Source of the DNA: Botryllus schlosseri | Lineage: Eukaryota | Direction of reading: 5' to 3' | NCBI GenBank assembly: GCA_051294905.1 | Contig: CM119372.1 | Location: 16,432,001-16,496,000 of the forward strand | DNA: 64,000 nucleotides | In this document: positions 12,401 through 24,967 of the stretch, in pieces | Position numbering within the stretch: the first letter of the stretch is position 1 | Layout: each line of letters opens with the position of its first letter | The notes under the pieces: model-generated | Seen by the model: the letters and a program-made list of their open reading frames with translations, nothing else | Databases searched by the model: none | What the model was told of the DNA's origin: nothing | Translations under genes and position numbers: made by a program

Positions 12401-15400
12401 AGTTAGTGATATCACAAACGTCAGATTTTTAAATGCCATTGCTCATTATTACGTCAGAAGTGGCCTATTAGCTTTGCTGGTCATTACGTAAGTAAGAAGT
12501 ATCTGGCTATCCACCCATAGTGAATAGGTATTCGATGTTTGTAAGAACACTCACCGCGCTGTATATCAGGTTATCACTGCGCTGTATATCAGGTTATCAA
12601 TATATTCCATCCACACATAGTGAATAGATATTCGATGTACATTAGTGTGATTGTAAGAGCACTCCCCATGCTGTATATCAGGTTATCAATACATTCCAGA
12701 CGCCGCTACCTCGCAGCATAGGACAATTAATCACCACTCTGCCTATTTTAAAATAGTAACGTATGTATTGATGTTTGGTTATGCTTAGTTAAACGCAGTT
12801 TGACCGTTGCTGCTTGGCGAGCAGTAGTCCGATGTAGTACGAACGTACACCGGACAAAGGTTTGAAATTTTGTAGGCCTATACTCGTCAAATAAAACATT
12901 ACGGTTTCCACGACGAAGCATTAAAAATCAACAGCTGCTGATAAGCGAGTCGTTTCTCGTGATGGCCGCTTGCATTACATTATCTGTATTAAGTTGGAGG
13001 CAGAATTTTATGCTCACTTTCTCTTATTCTCATATGATTCTACTTGAAACGGGCGCCAATCGTTATTTCACAACTCAACATTTAGACCTGCCGCCATAGC
13101 CACCCGCTTATAAACAGTGTTAGCGTGGCTTGTAGCTAGAATCAGGACCAAAACAGCAAATCGTCCCCCACTCCAAACGTTGGTCTTGGGCGCCCATAGG
13201 GTGGTAAATTTTCAAGTTAAAAATTTAATTTCATCACAAATATTGGTAATTGCAGCATATTACTATTCATTTTTAATCCTCTCTCTGCCCCCCCCCCCCC
13301 CCCCCCCCCCATGGTCAGATTTACTTGAAAAGCTGGGGGCACGTAATTCATAATTATCACATCTGGTATCTACTAATAATTACATTAGGGCATGTTGTTA
13401 ATTCGTGACCGCCGGTCTGTTATATCATCAAAAGATATTGTAGTGGCCCAAACGTAGCAGACTAAAAGAAATGCTTGCGTGTGACGCACATACAAATTGC
13501 CATGTATTTAATGCTCTGTGGCTGCCCGGGTGGTATTTGCATTGTGGGCTCAAATTGGAAGGACCGGACTGTTAGTCACGCCCACCCAGCGCGGCTATTG
13601 ACAAAGGACACATATCTCAAGTTTCGGCCAATGTCTTTCATTAGTGGCACACTTCGTGGATTGTTGCATGCTGGTCGAAACTGCATATGTCTTTTGGTGT
13701 GTCGTGGCGCGGTATTGACTGGCACCTAAATGCCTGTTACTATAAATTATGCATGCTTTTTTCTTGAGAAGGAGACGTATGTATTTCAAAATTAAGCTAT
13801 ATAGAGACATTTAAATTGCGATGGTCGTAGACAATTTTCAAGCTCATGAAATCTCTCAAAAATAGTCTATAATCTGTGTTGGTTTACGAAATACTTTTGA
13901 GTCCCCCTCGAGCTCGCTCCCCACCATATTAGGAAATCTGGGGTGCGGCAGTTGTGGACCTAGCAAGAATGCAAATCGTTGGGTGCGATAAATCGTCCTC
14001 TATAAAATGGGCAATGGGTACTTTATGACGTAACAAACAAATATCGCATCTTTTTTTAAAGAAAGTTGTTATCTCATTAGGCCTTTTAGCGCCATCCATT
14101 TATTGTCTTTCAATATAACTTTTAAGATGCAAAATAACTGTAATCGTGAGTAATCGTGATTACTTTTCAAATGTAATCGTAATCGTAATCGACTACTTCC
14201 TGATTTTGCTGTAATCGTAATCGTAATCGTAATCGCGTCATTCACAAGTAATCGTAATCGCAATCGATTACATTCACGAAGTAATCACCCCATGTCTGGT
14301 TTGGACACCCTGAGTTATAGTAGATCACTTACTTCCTTCTGGTCATCGACACCCTGTTCGTTGACGAATCCAGTTACAACATGGGTAAGACCGTCGTCGG
14401 AGCTGGTGATTTCCCATCTGCCGTCGGCACCGGTGATCTAGAAGGACAATTCAGAAATTGCTATATAAGCGGCAAACTGCAGGACTAGACTCAACGAACT
14501 TACGTTAAATCGAGCTACGGGTGATGGGAGGGTGATGGTCAAAGAGTCGCCTTTGTGGTATCCAGGTCGGTAGAAAACATTGCTGCTGGCTTCACTGACT
14601 TCGTCGTTTTGTGGGAAAGAGTAGACAGACACTGAAGAAAGGTAAAAATATTGATATTTGGATAGGATAGGTCTATACTATATGATAACCGCAATCTTTC
14701 AGTTATATTCCAAAGCAACCATGTTAATATTTGTTGAGATGTGTCATTAAAATTTGTTCACAGCAAAACAGAATTCCACTGTATTCACTTCAGGGGTGTG
14801 GAGAAGCAGTTAAAACTGGTGAATGTGAGCAATATCAAAAATCGTTGGGCATGAGCACCTATACGCTAAATAAATTCCTATTCGCGAACCATTTATAGTT
14901 GCGAGGTTGAAACGATCTCAAAAGCTATTTCCGCTACTTTGTCGTGGTTACTTACACTCAGCAACGTCAAGGGGATCACAGCTGAACTCAACATCGGTAG
15001 CGTTGAAGAGAGCTCCTCGGCCGGCGTACACTAGAACTCTCAAAGTTCCGTTCTCCATTTCCCACCCCGCTGGGGCGGCGACTGTGTATCGCCCTTCCAC
15101 TGGGTTGGTGCCGTCACCGGTAACAATATGTCCGTTCAATACCTAAGATAAGTAAAATTGAATAAGAAGCAGGAACACCGTGTGCTGGACGATTGAATTC
15201 AATTACTCTCATGGGCTTGCACCCGCGTGTTGGCATCAAGTCACTATAGTATACCTTCCAGTATACCTTCCAGTCAAAAGACATTTCGAGTCATTGCACA
15301 TTTTGACTCGAGTCGAGTCAAGTCAATCGATTTTCGAAGGAGTCTCGAGTCATGTCAAGTCACTCGATTTTTGCGGGTGACTCGAGTCAAGTCGAATCAG

Positions 15401-16386
15401 TCAAGTCAAGTCACGAGTCAAGTCACAATTCAAGTCAAGTTGCCTTTTCGAAGTATGAGGCATGATTACGTCATTGCATTTTGCTATCTGTTTGAAATAC
15501 AGGTTGAGTGGTTATTTATTTTGAACTCATGAACGAATATAGAGTTTAATATACACGGAGGAAGGCGTTGTATCGCTCACATAGACGTAGAACTCCTAAT
15601 CCGCGTAATTCCATATCCTCAGTTTATTGTTACCAGCGAAAATAGAGAATAGAGAATAGAGAAACAAATTGATACCATTGAATACATAAACCACCTACAT
15701 ATTCGTGCGATAGAATTCAAGCCTGTGCCAATGGTTTACGAATATATATAAACTACATTCGAATTCAATTTAACTAAAACTAGAGGTTTGGGTAATGTAA
15801 GAACAGAAAACAGAGATGGATATTTTGCTATTTAATTACTTTACTACTAGTTTACGGCAATGTAAGCGATAAGCTACGATCACTTCGTTTGTGGTCAATT
15901 TATTTGTGAGAGAGCAATGGAGGCTCAATAAATCACACGATCATTGAATGAGTAGTCGCTCTCACAGGTTACATAAGAGGTTCGCAAGCAATCCGAACAT
16001 ATGCAAAATACAGTGATTTTTATTGACACCGATTACTTGATGACTTGATATTGACTCATGAATTTTGCTCCGAGTCACGAGTCAATCTAAATTTTTGATG
16101 CGCCGAGTCAAGTCCAGTCAAGTCATTTCTGCCAAGTGACTCGAGTCACCGAGCGAGATAATGTAATAGTGATGCGTCCGGCTTCTAGATCGGTTGGTCG
16201 TGGGTTCGATTCCCGGCCGAGTCAGACCAAAGACTCGAAAACTAGTATCAGCAGCTATCCAGCTAGGCGCTCAGCATGGAAAGCATGGAAGAGAAAAGTA
16301 CGGGGTTGCTGACTAGACGACCTTACGGTCGTATCGCATCTCCGTCGTCAAAAGCATCTCGATGGTGCAGGTGGAAATGAATACCC

Positions 16387-16428
<42 letters not shown>

Positions 16429-16429
16429 A

Positions 16430-16483
<54 letters not shown>

Positions 16484-17224
16484 CCCTCTCTCTCCCCTCT
16501 CTCTCTCTCTCTCTCTCTCACTCTCTCTGAAGTCAAGTCATACGAAAAAGGTGACTCGAGTCCCAACATCCCAACACTGGCTTGCACTAAGCTACGTCTC
16601 TGATGAAAGTAGCAGAACCGGTTTTCCATCGGATTAGGACTGATCCCAAAGAAGGTACAATTGAGACCACTATTCCTTGATTCCTCAAATTCTTTGCGAA
16701 ATTTAAAGCCTTTTTCATGATATTTCTCACATGATGTGAATGAATCATGAATCATAGTACTAGCTGCAATTTTTTCTAATTTTACATATCCTCTTTTCTC
16801 ACAACTTCAACTGAAACCACACTACTCACATGGAAAAGAACAGCGGGTTCTGGCAGATTGAAATAGCAGCTACCTTCTTCGACATTGCTGTACACGAACC
16901 CAGCCAAGAATCCACCATTGGTGTCCTCGTTTTCGGGCCATTTTTCCTCCCCAACAACTGAAAAGAAGGGACTCAATATTCGTATGATGTATAACATTAT
17001 GTGGGGGGTGGAAAATAGCCTAAATTCGATGTGTATTATTTCACTGACTAGCCTGGAAGTGTGCATTTAGCGCACATACTGTATATATAGTAGATAAAGG
17101 TATATGTACAGGAAGAAGAATTCACGAAATAGGAACCTATCCGATTCTTACCTGGAGAATCCAGATCTGCATCTTCCTGGGCATATGCAAAAGCAACCAG
17201 GGCTAAGAGAACAATGAACTTCAT
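9453..17224 (-). CDS. Secreted acidic 248-aa protein with two internally repeated domains, copy A. Coding exons 17224-17152, 16957-16830, 15142-14956, 14631-14504, 14437-14333, 9578-9453
   Basis: All introns are GT-AG with consistent phases (1,0,1,0,0), giving a 747-nt spliced ORF without stops. N-terminus MKFIVLLALVAFAYA-QED is a typical signal peptide; it ends in VTTVEEEDEGVVV*. The exon structure is identical in copy B. Confidence 0.93.
9736..11603. mobile_element. hAT-like non-autonomous element in the last intron of copy A, carrying a nested LINE
   Basis: TIRs tagggcaagtttt...aaaacttgcccta; flanks atgattac/gtcattac (6/8 match); absent from copy B. Confidence 0.75.
10189..11117 (+). mobile_element. 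5'-truncated CR1/L2-group LINE 3' end (RT C-terminus, 3'UTR, (CT)n tail)
   Basis: KYLGVTIDSKLSWKQHI...LRTIYFSLFHSHLQYGIVVWG; one in-frame TGA at 10451, after which the frame continues (TLQNRAIRLI...HSHNTR...YSGPIIWDALP) to 10837; ends aataaagactctctctctct. Confidence 0.9.
12178..14298. mobile_element. hAT-type non-autonomous element, 2.1 kb, with subterminal (GTAATC)n arrays
   Basis: TIR cagacatggggt/accccatgtctg; perfect 8-bp TSD gtttggac; empty site in copy B (~51235). Confidence 0.93.
15223..16579. mobile_element. hAT-type MITE (ctcgagtca/agtca-rich family) with nested SINE
   Basis: 8-bp TSD gcttgcac on both sides; right end atcccaacactg; empty site in copy B (~52285); same family as 23390-24261. 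Confidence 0.9.
16149..16528 (+). mobile_element. tRNA-derived SINE with long (CT)n tail
   Basis: Pol III B-box ggttcgattccc at ~16204, core accaaagact...ggcgctcagca, then a (CT)n tract at ~16390-16528; interrupts the MITE subterminal repeats. Confidence 0.8.
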
Positions 17225-17507
17225 CTTTATATATCTGAAAGTAAAGAACCTGATAAAGGATTTGAGCAGTAGTCTAAATCGATAGCAGTAAAACTGAATA
17301 GCCTATATCAATTATTACGCCATTTGCCATTTGCTCCCGGAAGTACAGGCTATATAGCATATTAGATGCAGAGCCAGTTTTTCTCATGACGTAATTCCGA
17401 TCTGTAATCCGCAATTCGGCAGACAGTTCAATATTCCTTTAATTATGACTTTTTGCTAAGGATCAAAAGATAAGCTCCGAACTGTATTTTTCAGTACTCG
17501 GCCTGAC

Positions 17508-17569
17508 CTGTGCTTCGTGTGGAAGAGGATTCTGTGACAAGACGGATCTGCGATCGCTGTATTTATATA
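17508..17569 (-). promoter_or_regulatory. Putative TATA box (17561-17569) and short non-coding first exon (donor after 17508) of copy A
   Basis: Minus strand tatataaat lies ~55 nt upstream of a cag|gtcagg donor; both are conserved in copy B. The ATG exon starts at a tttcag acceptor ~10 nt before the ATG. Confidence 0.6.
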
Positions 17570-18063
17570 CGTAACGTATAAGACGTCCCACAACTTTCTC
17601 AAAGGAAAACCAAAAAATCTTGTATTGTCTCTGTTGCGAGATCTTGTCTCATTCTAGCACGCCATTTAGGCATGCAGCTGCCTTTGCCTTCGGGGCAAGA
17701 CTGGAGATAAGCCTATATTGAAAACTTGTTAGTGTAAAGGAATCTGTGATCTATTAAGGTTTCCTCTCCTACGAAACCGGTTGTGTATTGTATGATTGTG
17801 GTTTACGGACTAGTAAGTATCGGCCCGACGATGGACAAACCTGTATATCTGGATCTATTCACCCGCTGATTGACGCTTATTACTCGCTCCCGCTGTACGC
17901 CAAATTTGAGTAGCAAGAAATCGAGTAATCACGGAGCAAGATGTTATCGCACTTAACCATTTTGGAATGAAGCATCAGGATATTTTTAAGGTTTGAACCA
18001 ATTATGCCTCGTGGACGACGTCCGAGGGTATTCTGTATAGCTGAGGACACCTATATTGTATAG

Positions 18064-19258
18064 CAGAGGTCTCAAACACGCGGCCCGCCAGAGCATTTCG
18101 TGCGGCCCGCGACGACATTTTAGATTTTAATTAATTTTACAATATATAAATGCCACATCCACGTTTTCAAAGTGAAAATTCGCTCTTAAATTGCTCCGAA
18201 AGCCTGAGACTTTTCATCAAACTGCACTATCGCGACCATGCAGTAGAAGATTCACTATTTCGCCACATTTCGGATTCATGATGATTAACCCTGATCCGAC
18301 AATAGTCCTTTACAGCACTATGCTTAGACGATTCGTGGGACTGTCGTTAGACGATTCGTGACTGACATTTGTGAGTTAGACTTGGACGCAACCTTTATTA
18401 GAATTACTCGGACTCGGGCTGACTCGATGGCAAAATGAAAATGAACCGAGTGGACTCGGAGTTACTCGGAAGTCCGTGAATTGGTTACAACCATGAACGC
18501 AACAAACTATTCGCGTGTCATCATGGGAATAGTAATAGACCAAAAGGCCGCAGCTTGGTATTTTTCTAACTAAGCAAGTAGTTATGGTAACCATTGGCAT
18601 TCTGTTAGTAACATCTTGGGTCGCTAAACCATGTTATTAAGGCCACTTGAAGGTACCGAATACCGTAGTAACAACAATGGGTTGTTCGGCGTTCCGACAT
18701 TTCTATAACTATGGCACATTTAATAATATAGTTATATTGTTATTTTTCTGCTCCAATATTCGAAGGTGTTTGATCATGAGCTTCATAACCCACTTATCAG
18801 GAGTATACCCGAATTCTGGATTGGGCTACACTGCTAAACCCCAAAAGCTGTGATATCAGATCAATCTCTATAATTAACATATTAAATTCAAAATATTCAT
18901 TGTAGCTGCAAAATTATAACGTGTTAGCTTTTATGATAAAATTATATATTTGTCCGCTCACATGGCGTCGATATCTTATAATTAATATATATCAAGTACA
19001 ACAGCACTTTAATTCAAATAGTTATAAATGTGATGATTTTTTCATGCCAGGCCTAAATTGATACAAGTGGAAATCACATTTTTATGATGTGCGTTGAATG
19101 TCAGTCTGCTGGGTCGACTTACTTTCAATAGGACAATTTCATCCCGTCAATAAAGCCTACTTGGAAAGACATGGAATCCCCCTATTGATGCTGCGGCCCG
19201 CAGCGTCGTTAAAAATTGGAAAATTGGCCCGCGAGCACATTTGAGTTTGAGACCTCTG
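18064..19258. mobile_element. hAT-type MITE (cagaggtctcaaac family)
   Basis: TIR cagaggtctcaaac/gtttgagacctctg, subterminal gcggcccgc motifs, perfect TSD ttgtatag. Confidence 0.93.
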
Positions 19259-19340
19259 TTGTATAGCCTACAAAATGATGTTATGTCGTCTTTTAGTTTC
19301 AAAAAGTTTGGTGACCCTTGATATATAGCATACTGTACAA

Positions 19341-20979
19341 CAGGGGTGGCCAACCTTTCCAACCAAAGGCCACATTTTATTGACGAACTAATGCGCGGGC
19401 CACTAGCCGCGCGAAGCGCGAAGCGCGAAGCGCGAAAATTTTTCGAAGGTCATAGGTCAATAATGTTGCCATTTGACTATATTGCGGGCCTGCTGTATAT
19501 CGCTGGGCTAAGTTTGCAAGGACTGGACTATTCGGGGCCTGGACATATCGATATCGAAAGCTTCGACCAACATGTGTCAATCATTTTGTGCCTATAGGTT
19601 TCATAGTCGACGGTATTTCTGCGAGCGCAAACGCAAGGTCGGATGTTGAACGACACTTTGTCTCGTAATCGCGAATATGGTTAGACTCAATCTGATACAT
19701 TAGGCCAGTACTTCTCAACCTTTTTGTCTTCTCGGACCCCTTTTAGACCGTCACGGACCCCGCGGACCCCCTCAAGTTTCAGTTGAAATTTAGCTCAATT
19801 ACCATCTAACAGTCATCTGTCCTATGCAAATACTAGTCATAAACAGCAACAAAATTACTTTTCGTGAGAATAACATCATACTATAGAAATTCGGTATCAG
19901 TACGCAGTCGAGTCTTGGAAATCAGCGCCTTTGATTTGATATAAACGATTGCCGAAAATATATATCCCTAAAGATAGCTGGTGGCGAATGTAATATTCAC
20001 GTGTAACGCTTGCGACAACACCTAGCGACAACACCTTTGGGTATGATCGCAATTCGCAACATATATGTAGCACCAAAATTGAGAAATAGATTTTTTAATG
20101 AACGGTAAGTCCAGTCATTTCCATGTAGCAGCTCACATTGAACTTATTCTGTAATATAGTGGTAATGTATATCACCGATGTAAAAAGATTTCGTGGATAG
20201 GTTTCAATCCCGATACTGGGACAGATTCGGAAAAATTTCAGCAAGTTCTATTTCAAACTACTGTTCCCTAATTTGCTAAGACTTCAAATCCAAGATGATT
20301 TGTAAACCTTTCGAAGTCACCCTGATTTTTCCTATTACTCCTAATTGTCATTTTTTCCACAAAACCCATCATAACACCACTTTACGACAAAATGTTTGTG
20401 TCAGTAGGCTATTGGGACTTTCGCAAATAAAATGTGTTTTCACAGCAGTTTCATCTCAGACGGCCATGCTGTTGATGTGAGTCTTGAAGTTTTAGTAGGC
20501 ATGAAACAAAACTGCATCGTGATTTCCCTATAAGTAAAAAAATAGGCTATCAATCATTTTGTAAATTTAGAGGCTTCACGGACCCCCTGGAATTGCTTCG
20601 CGGACCCCGGATTGAGAACCACTGCATTAGGCGTTCTTTTATTTTCACAAAAGGGCAACAATATAAAAAGCAAGAAATCGAGTGACAACATGTTGCGCGA
20701 AACGTGTAGAAAATTTTTACTTTTGCTAAATCTATCGCAAATTATTCTGCTTTATTGTAGTGTACGAAGATCTACCAAAATGTGACTGGCTCATGGATAT
20801 GCCAATGCGTCGGAACTGAAATTTTAGTCATCACATCTCAAGTGTTGCGGCCGGACTAATCAAATTTTTGATTGGCCTTCCAAGTTCACAATCTGTGTAA
20901 TCCATTTTTGATAATATTACTAATTTCGGAAATGACCTCGCGGGCCACTCAAAACCTTTTCGCGGGTTGGCCGGCCCTG
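19341..20979. mobile_element. Older hAT-type element (caggggtggccaacc) containing a nested MITE
   Basis: Imperfect TIRs caggggtggccaacc/gggttggccggccctg; no clear TSD. Confidence 0.65.
19706..20624. mobile_element. hAT-type MITE (cagtggttctcaa / cggacccc family)
   Basis: TIR cagtacttctcaa/ttgagaaccactg; perfect TSD cattaggc; relative at 45500-46342. Confidence 0.9.
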
Positions 20980-21938
20980 CATTAGCAGGAAATAGTCGAG
21001 GAAAGCCATTTTATGTTAAAATGACAGACAGGTCATCATCGTAACACGATACTTCCTCCATGTTTTGCGGTGTTGGTAATTATACTCCCCTTAGTACAGT
21101 TGACAAGGAAATGAAAGTAAATACCTAATAAACATGATACTACCACTCATTCGCTTCATCGCGATCACGCTGCCATAGATCTTCCGAGAAATTACAGGTG
21201 CATGTGTGCCGCCGATAATGGCCTTCATCATCCCGTTATGTAGCATACATAAAGATTAATATGGATATGCGAAAATGAGATTAATTTGAATATCTGTTAT
21301 TCTCCTCGATATTGCCCTACCACAAAATATTGTAATTCGATAATCAGTCTGTGCCTTGGTGTGGAACGGAATGGCAAATGTCCCACTCCTATACTACTTT
21401 CTAAAGTCACGACTCAAATTCAATCCGACTCCAAGGCATGAATCGGATAAAAAAAACTGTGGTAAGTCATGGTTTGGTTACACATAACACTGTGTATAAG
21501 TAAGGGGGAGCACGGAAATCTGGTTATAATGAAACAGCGATGTCACGAGAGCTGCATGAAAGTGCTGTATAACTTCTCTGGAGCCATTTAATAAATATTA
21601 CTTATGGCCACATAGATGAGCGTTTACGCAAACCCAGTATAGCGCTGCTCTGAAAATCTTTGGGGCGCAGGAACTAATTTTTACCATTGACCAGAATACA
21701 TTATTTCTGGTTTCATCGGACAGCTCTGCCCCTCCATACGATTGTATATATTTGCTTGTCCCACGGTCGCTTGTGCGCTCTCCCGTGACTACCCCGTGGG
21801 ATGGGTTACAATAGTATAAGTGTTGCAAATACGTCTATTCGTTCAGTAAACTATACTGATACTAGTGTCGATGTCTAATCGTTATGTGTATTTCTTTCTG
21901 ATATGACTCTTTTTCATCATCGATTGCAGACTAAATAG

Positions 21939-22650
21939 TAGGGACAGTGTGAACCTCTGAAAGGTACAGGTTCGTGTGAACGCGAACCTTTTTGAAAGGT
22001 TCTGTGTGAACGCGAACGTGAACCCCATGACGTCACGTGACGTTATATTGCTAATGCTAACCGTACATTTCAGTGAAGTGATAGCCTATATCAATGTACA
22101 TTGTGCACGATATCTAGCGACGACTCGGTCCACATAAAATGCCACAATGCTGAAGTTCATATCGACGTTTTAAACGTCACCAAATGTATCAATCGGGACA
22201 ATCAAATGATATAATAATCCCATAAAATCAACATCTTCCGTCGCTTTGTAAACAGTTACGACGAGGACTTGCAAGGGAATATAAAAGCTTACGCCTAAAC
22301 GTTCTAGGCCAGACCGGACAATGTATTTGTCGTCTGAGTATTGCTACGTTGATACTGAGCAGAGTTTCTATACTTGCTACCAATATTACCCCATTAACAA
22401 GTTATGCAGCAGTAGCCAACACCCCATTCGCACGGATTTGGTTTTATGATACAATAAACATATGAAATGAAGTTCAACCCCGTACGCATACCTGATAGAT
22501 TTTTTACATCAGACAACCATATTAGCTTCATTGACTGTTTAAAAAATAACTCTTGTAATATTTGTACTGATTGAAAACTTTATACGTCACACTGATTAGA
22601 CAGCTGTTCTCTTTGTTGTCAGTTATTTTTTAAAATCGCTCCTTATCAAA
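21939..22650. mobile_element. Partial copy of the 35154-36148 MITE family
   Basis: Starts tagggacagtgtgaacctctgaaagg and follows 35154-35750 collinearly; right end not found. Confidence 0.8.
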
Positions 22651-23389
22651 AAAATATATAAATCCGAATGTCAAATTTGAGAAATTTGGCATCGGACGGG
22701 TAAACGGCGGGAGCAGTAGGTAGTTATTCTCATTATTATATACCCAAGGAACAGCTCTTGGTTTCAAATAGGTTGTTGAAACTTGACATATTGTCTTCAG
22801 GGGTAGTGATAAATATAAGTTGAGCTTAAACGGTGTGTTGAGTCAAAAAAGTATGGGAACCATCGGTCTACCATATTTCAAACTTACGCATTTCCATGTA
22901 CAAATGCAGTGCACTCTTGAGACTGCAATTTCACCACCTTACAGTCGAAAAACCAAAATGAAAAAGCTATGAAAAATTGTCCTTGAATAATGTAATCCAA
23001 CATCGGTTTACACATTTTCGAATTTTACATTGATAAACCTGAATGCCGCAGAGCTAAATGAGCAGAAAATCGTCAATTTTCAAAATGACGTAACTTTTGA
23101 TCCCGGAGTTCAGTTTTGCTCGAATAAGCTTTATTGTGCTCGAAATTAACTCATCCATGCATGTACCAAATTCAGAAGATTTGGGAATGTGGTGGTTCCA
23201 ACTTTTGTTGTCCAGGTTGGGAATGGCCCTTTAGAGACACGGTGGGCGATGCGATTTCTGAAGCGTCGAAATCTTTCGCGTTCGTGACAATGGTCTTGGT
23301 ATCGAGTCTGTGATGTCATCGGTTGCACTTTCGAATCCATTGCACCAAATCCCAATCGTCAATCAATAGAAGCGACGTGCAGTGTGTGC

Positions 23390-24261
23390 CAGTGTTGGGA
23401 TCAAGCCACTTTACCTTCGAGTCACCAGTCATCTCGAGTCATTGCATATTTTGACTCGAGTCAAGTCAAGTCACTCGTTGTTTGGAGGTGACTCGAGTCA
23501 AGTCAAGTCAAGCCAAGAGTGAAGACACAATTCAAGTCAAATTGAATTTTCGACGTATGAGTGATGATTCAAAGTCATTACATTTTGTTAGCTGTAAGAA
23601 AGACATATACGTTGGCCATTTCTCCTGAATCAAATAACGAATACAAAGTTAAATATACATACAAAATAGTGTGGTATCGCTCACACACACGTAGAGCTGC
23701 TAATAAAACACGTGAGCCAAAATGGAGGATCGAATACGAATCCTCGAGAAGTACACTACCAATCCACACATCCGCGAGAATATAAACGCATTAACTATAT
23801 TTGTTCGATTCAAATCATACAAAAGGGTTGGTTAAGGTGACCACTGCGTATAGTGCGTAATACATGCACTGAGTCTGCTAAGAAACAGAGATACGTTGCT
23901 ATTAGATTAATCTACTGCTAGTAAATTAACGCAAGCTGTGATCATTTCGTTTGCGGTTTGTGATTTTTGCGATTTGTGATGTGACATTGGATGATCAGTG
24001 AAACGTACAATCCATGACTGGCTGGCTGCTCTCTCAAATGACCCGGCGTGTCGCGAAATATCCGAACATAAGCAAGATAACGTGATTTCATCGACACTGT
24101 TTAGTCGATGACTTGTAAATTGACTCGTAAATTTTGCTCCGAGTCACTAATCCGCCGACATTTCTGAAGCGTCGAGTCAAGTCAAGTTAAGTCATTTTTG
24201 CAAAGTGACTCGAGTCAAGTCAAGTCAAACGAAAAAGTTGACTCGAGTCATCCCAACACTG
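23390..24261. mobile_element. hAT-type MITE (ctcgagtca family)
   Basis: TIR cagtgttgggat/atcccaacactg; TSD gtgtgtgc/gtgtgtac. Confidence 0.9.
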
Positions 24262-24435
24262 GTGTGTACAAAGGGCAGGGCAGTAATTAACGCGAGTCGA
24301 TGACTCGTTTAAAGGAAACAATTGCAAATCCCGTTGTGAATTACGTTGTGCGCCGTGTTTTCAGAATGTAATGTTGGTCTAACTGTATCCTCATACGAAC
24401 TTAGATTGAACGTATCCATGATACCAGACGCAGCG

Positions 24436-24711
24436 GTTTCTTTGTTTGTGGTATTCATGGTACTTTGTCGACTACTATGGTCATTTACACCAGGCCAATT
24501 ATCGCCTCTTTATTCCGTAGCTGCCGACTTCTAGCACGACCCACTTCTAGGCTTTTTATTAGACACCGCTTACACGGATGAGATGGTGAGGAGGAGCCTA
24601 GATAACCTTTAACACTTAGGTAGGAATGCTGGAGTCGACCTCGGTCGGACTCGAACCCGCAACCAATTGGTGTTGCAGCTGTGGATTATACCACTGCCCT
24701 ATCTCGCCACC
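24436..24711 (-). mobile_element. tRNA-derived SINE, family 2 (head has a ctgcaa, Cys-anticodon-like loop)
   Basis: Minus strand A-box-like tagggcagtgg and B-box ggttcgagtcc; body shared with 36212-36360 and 59449-59725. Confidence 0.85.
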
Positions 24712-24967
24712 AGACGCAGCGTTACGGTAGTCCATTTCTAAGGTTGCCGACAAATTACAAATGAACTCGCTGATTGCGATAAGTCGTGTACAAATGTATA
24801 AATTACACAGGTACACGCTGGCGACGCTGGTTACATCTCTTCTCGCGTCTCGATAGTTTATTTGAATTCAAACATAGCACATTGCGTAATCAGGCCGAAA
24901 AATGTTTTTGAATACCCATACCGCGACTAAGCGGTTATTATTTTCGCGAGTGCTAATTAGCGATGGT

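Larger units (their letters stand above)
5925..19290 (+). repeat. Segmental duplication copy A (paralogous to ~39910-56310)
   Basis: Collinear blocks: 5925-7650~39910-41700; 8200-9700~48870-50700; 11640-12177~50725-51240; all exons; promoter 17240-18060~54270-55100. Many large differences are TE insertions specific to one copy. Confidence 0.92.

Noticed and set aside
13288..13310. Poly-C tract and poly-proline ORF
   Set aside because: A homopolymer inside a transposon with no coding support.
16348..16755. ER-rich and SL-rich ORFs (also 58236-58617)
   Set aside because: Translations of (CT)n/(AG)n microsatellites.
21598..21828. Possible second duplicated gene (shares cctccatacgatt with ~56580)
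   Set aside because: The match is too short and there is no consistent exon frame.
24630..24711. Functional tRNA-Cys
   Set aside because: The acceptor stem does not pair, and the head is attached to a repeated SINE body with tail and TSD in other copies.
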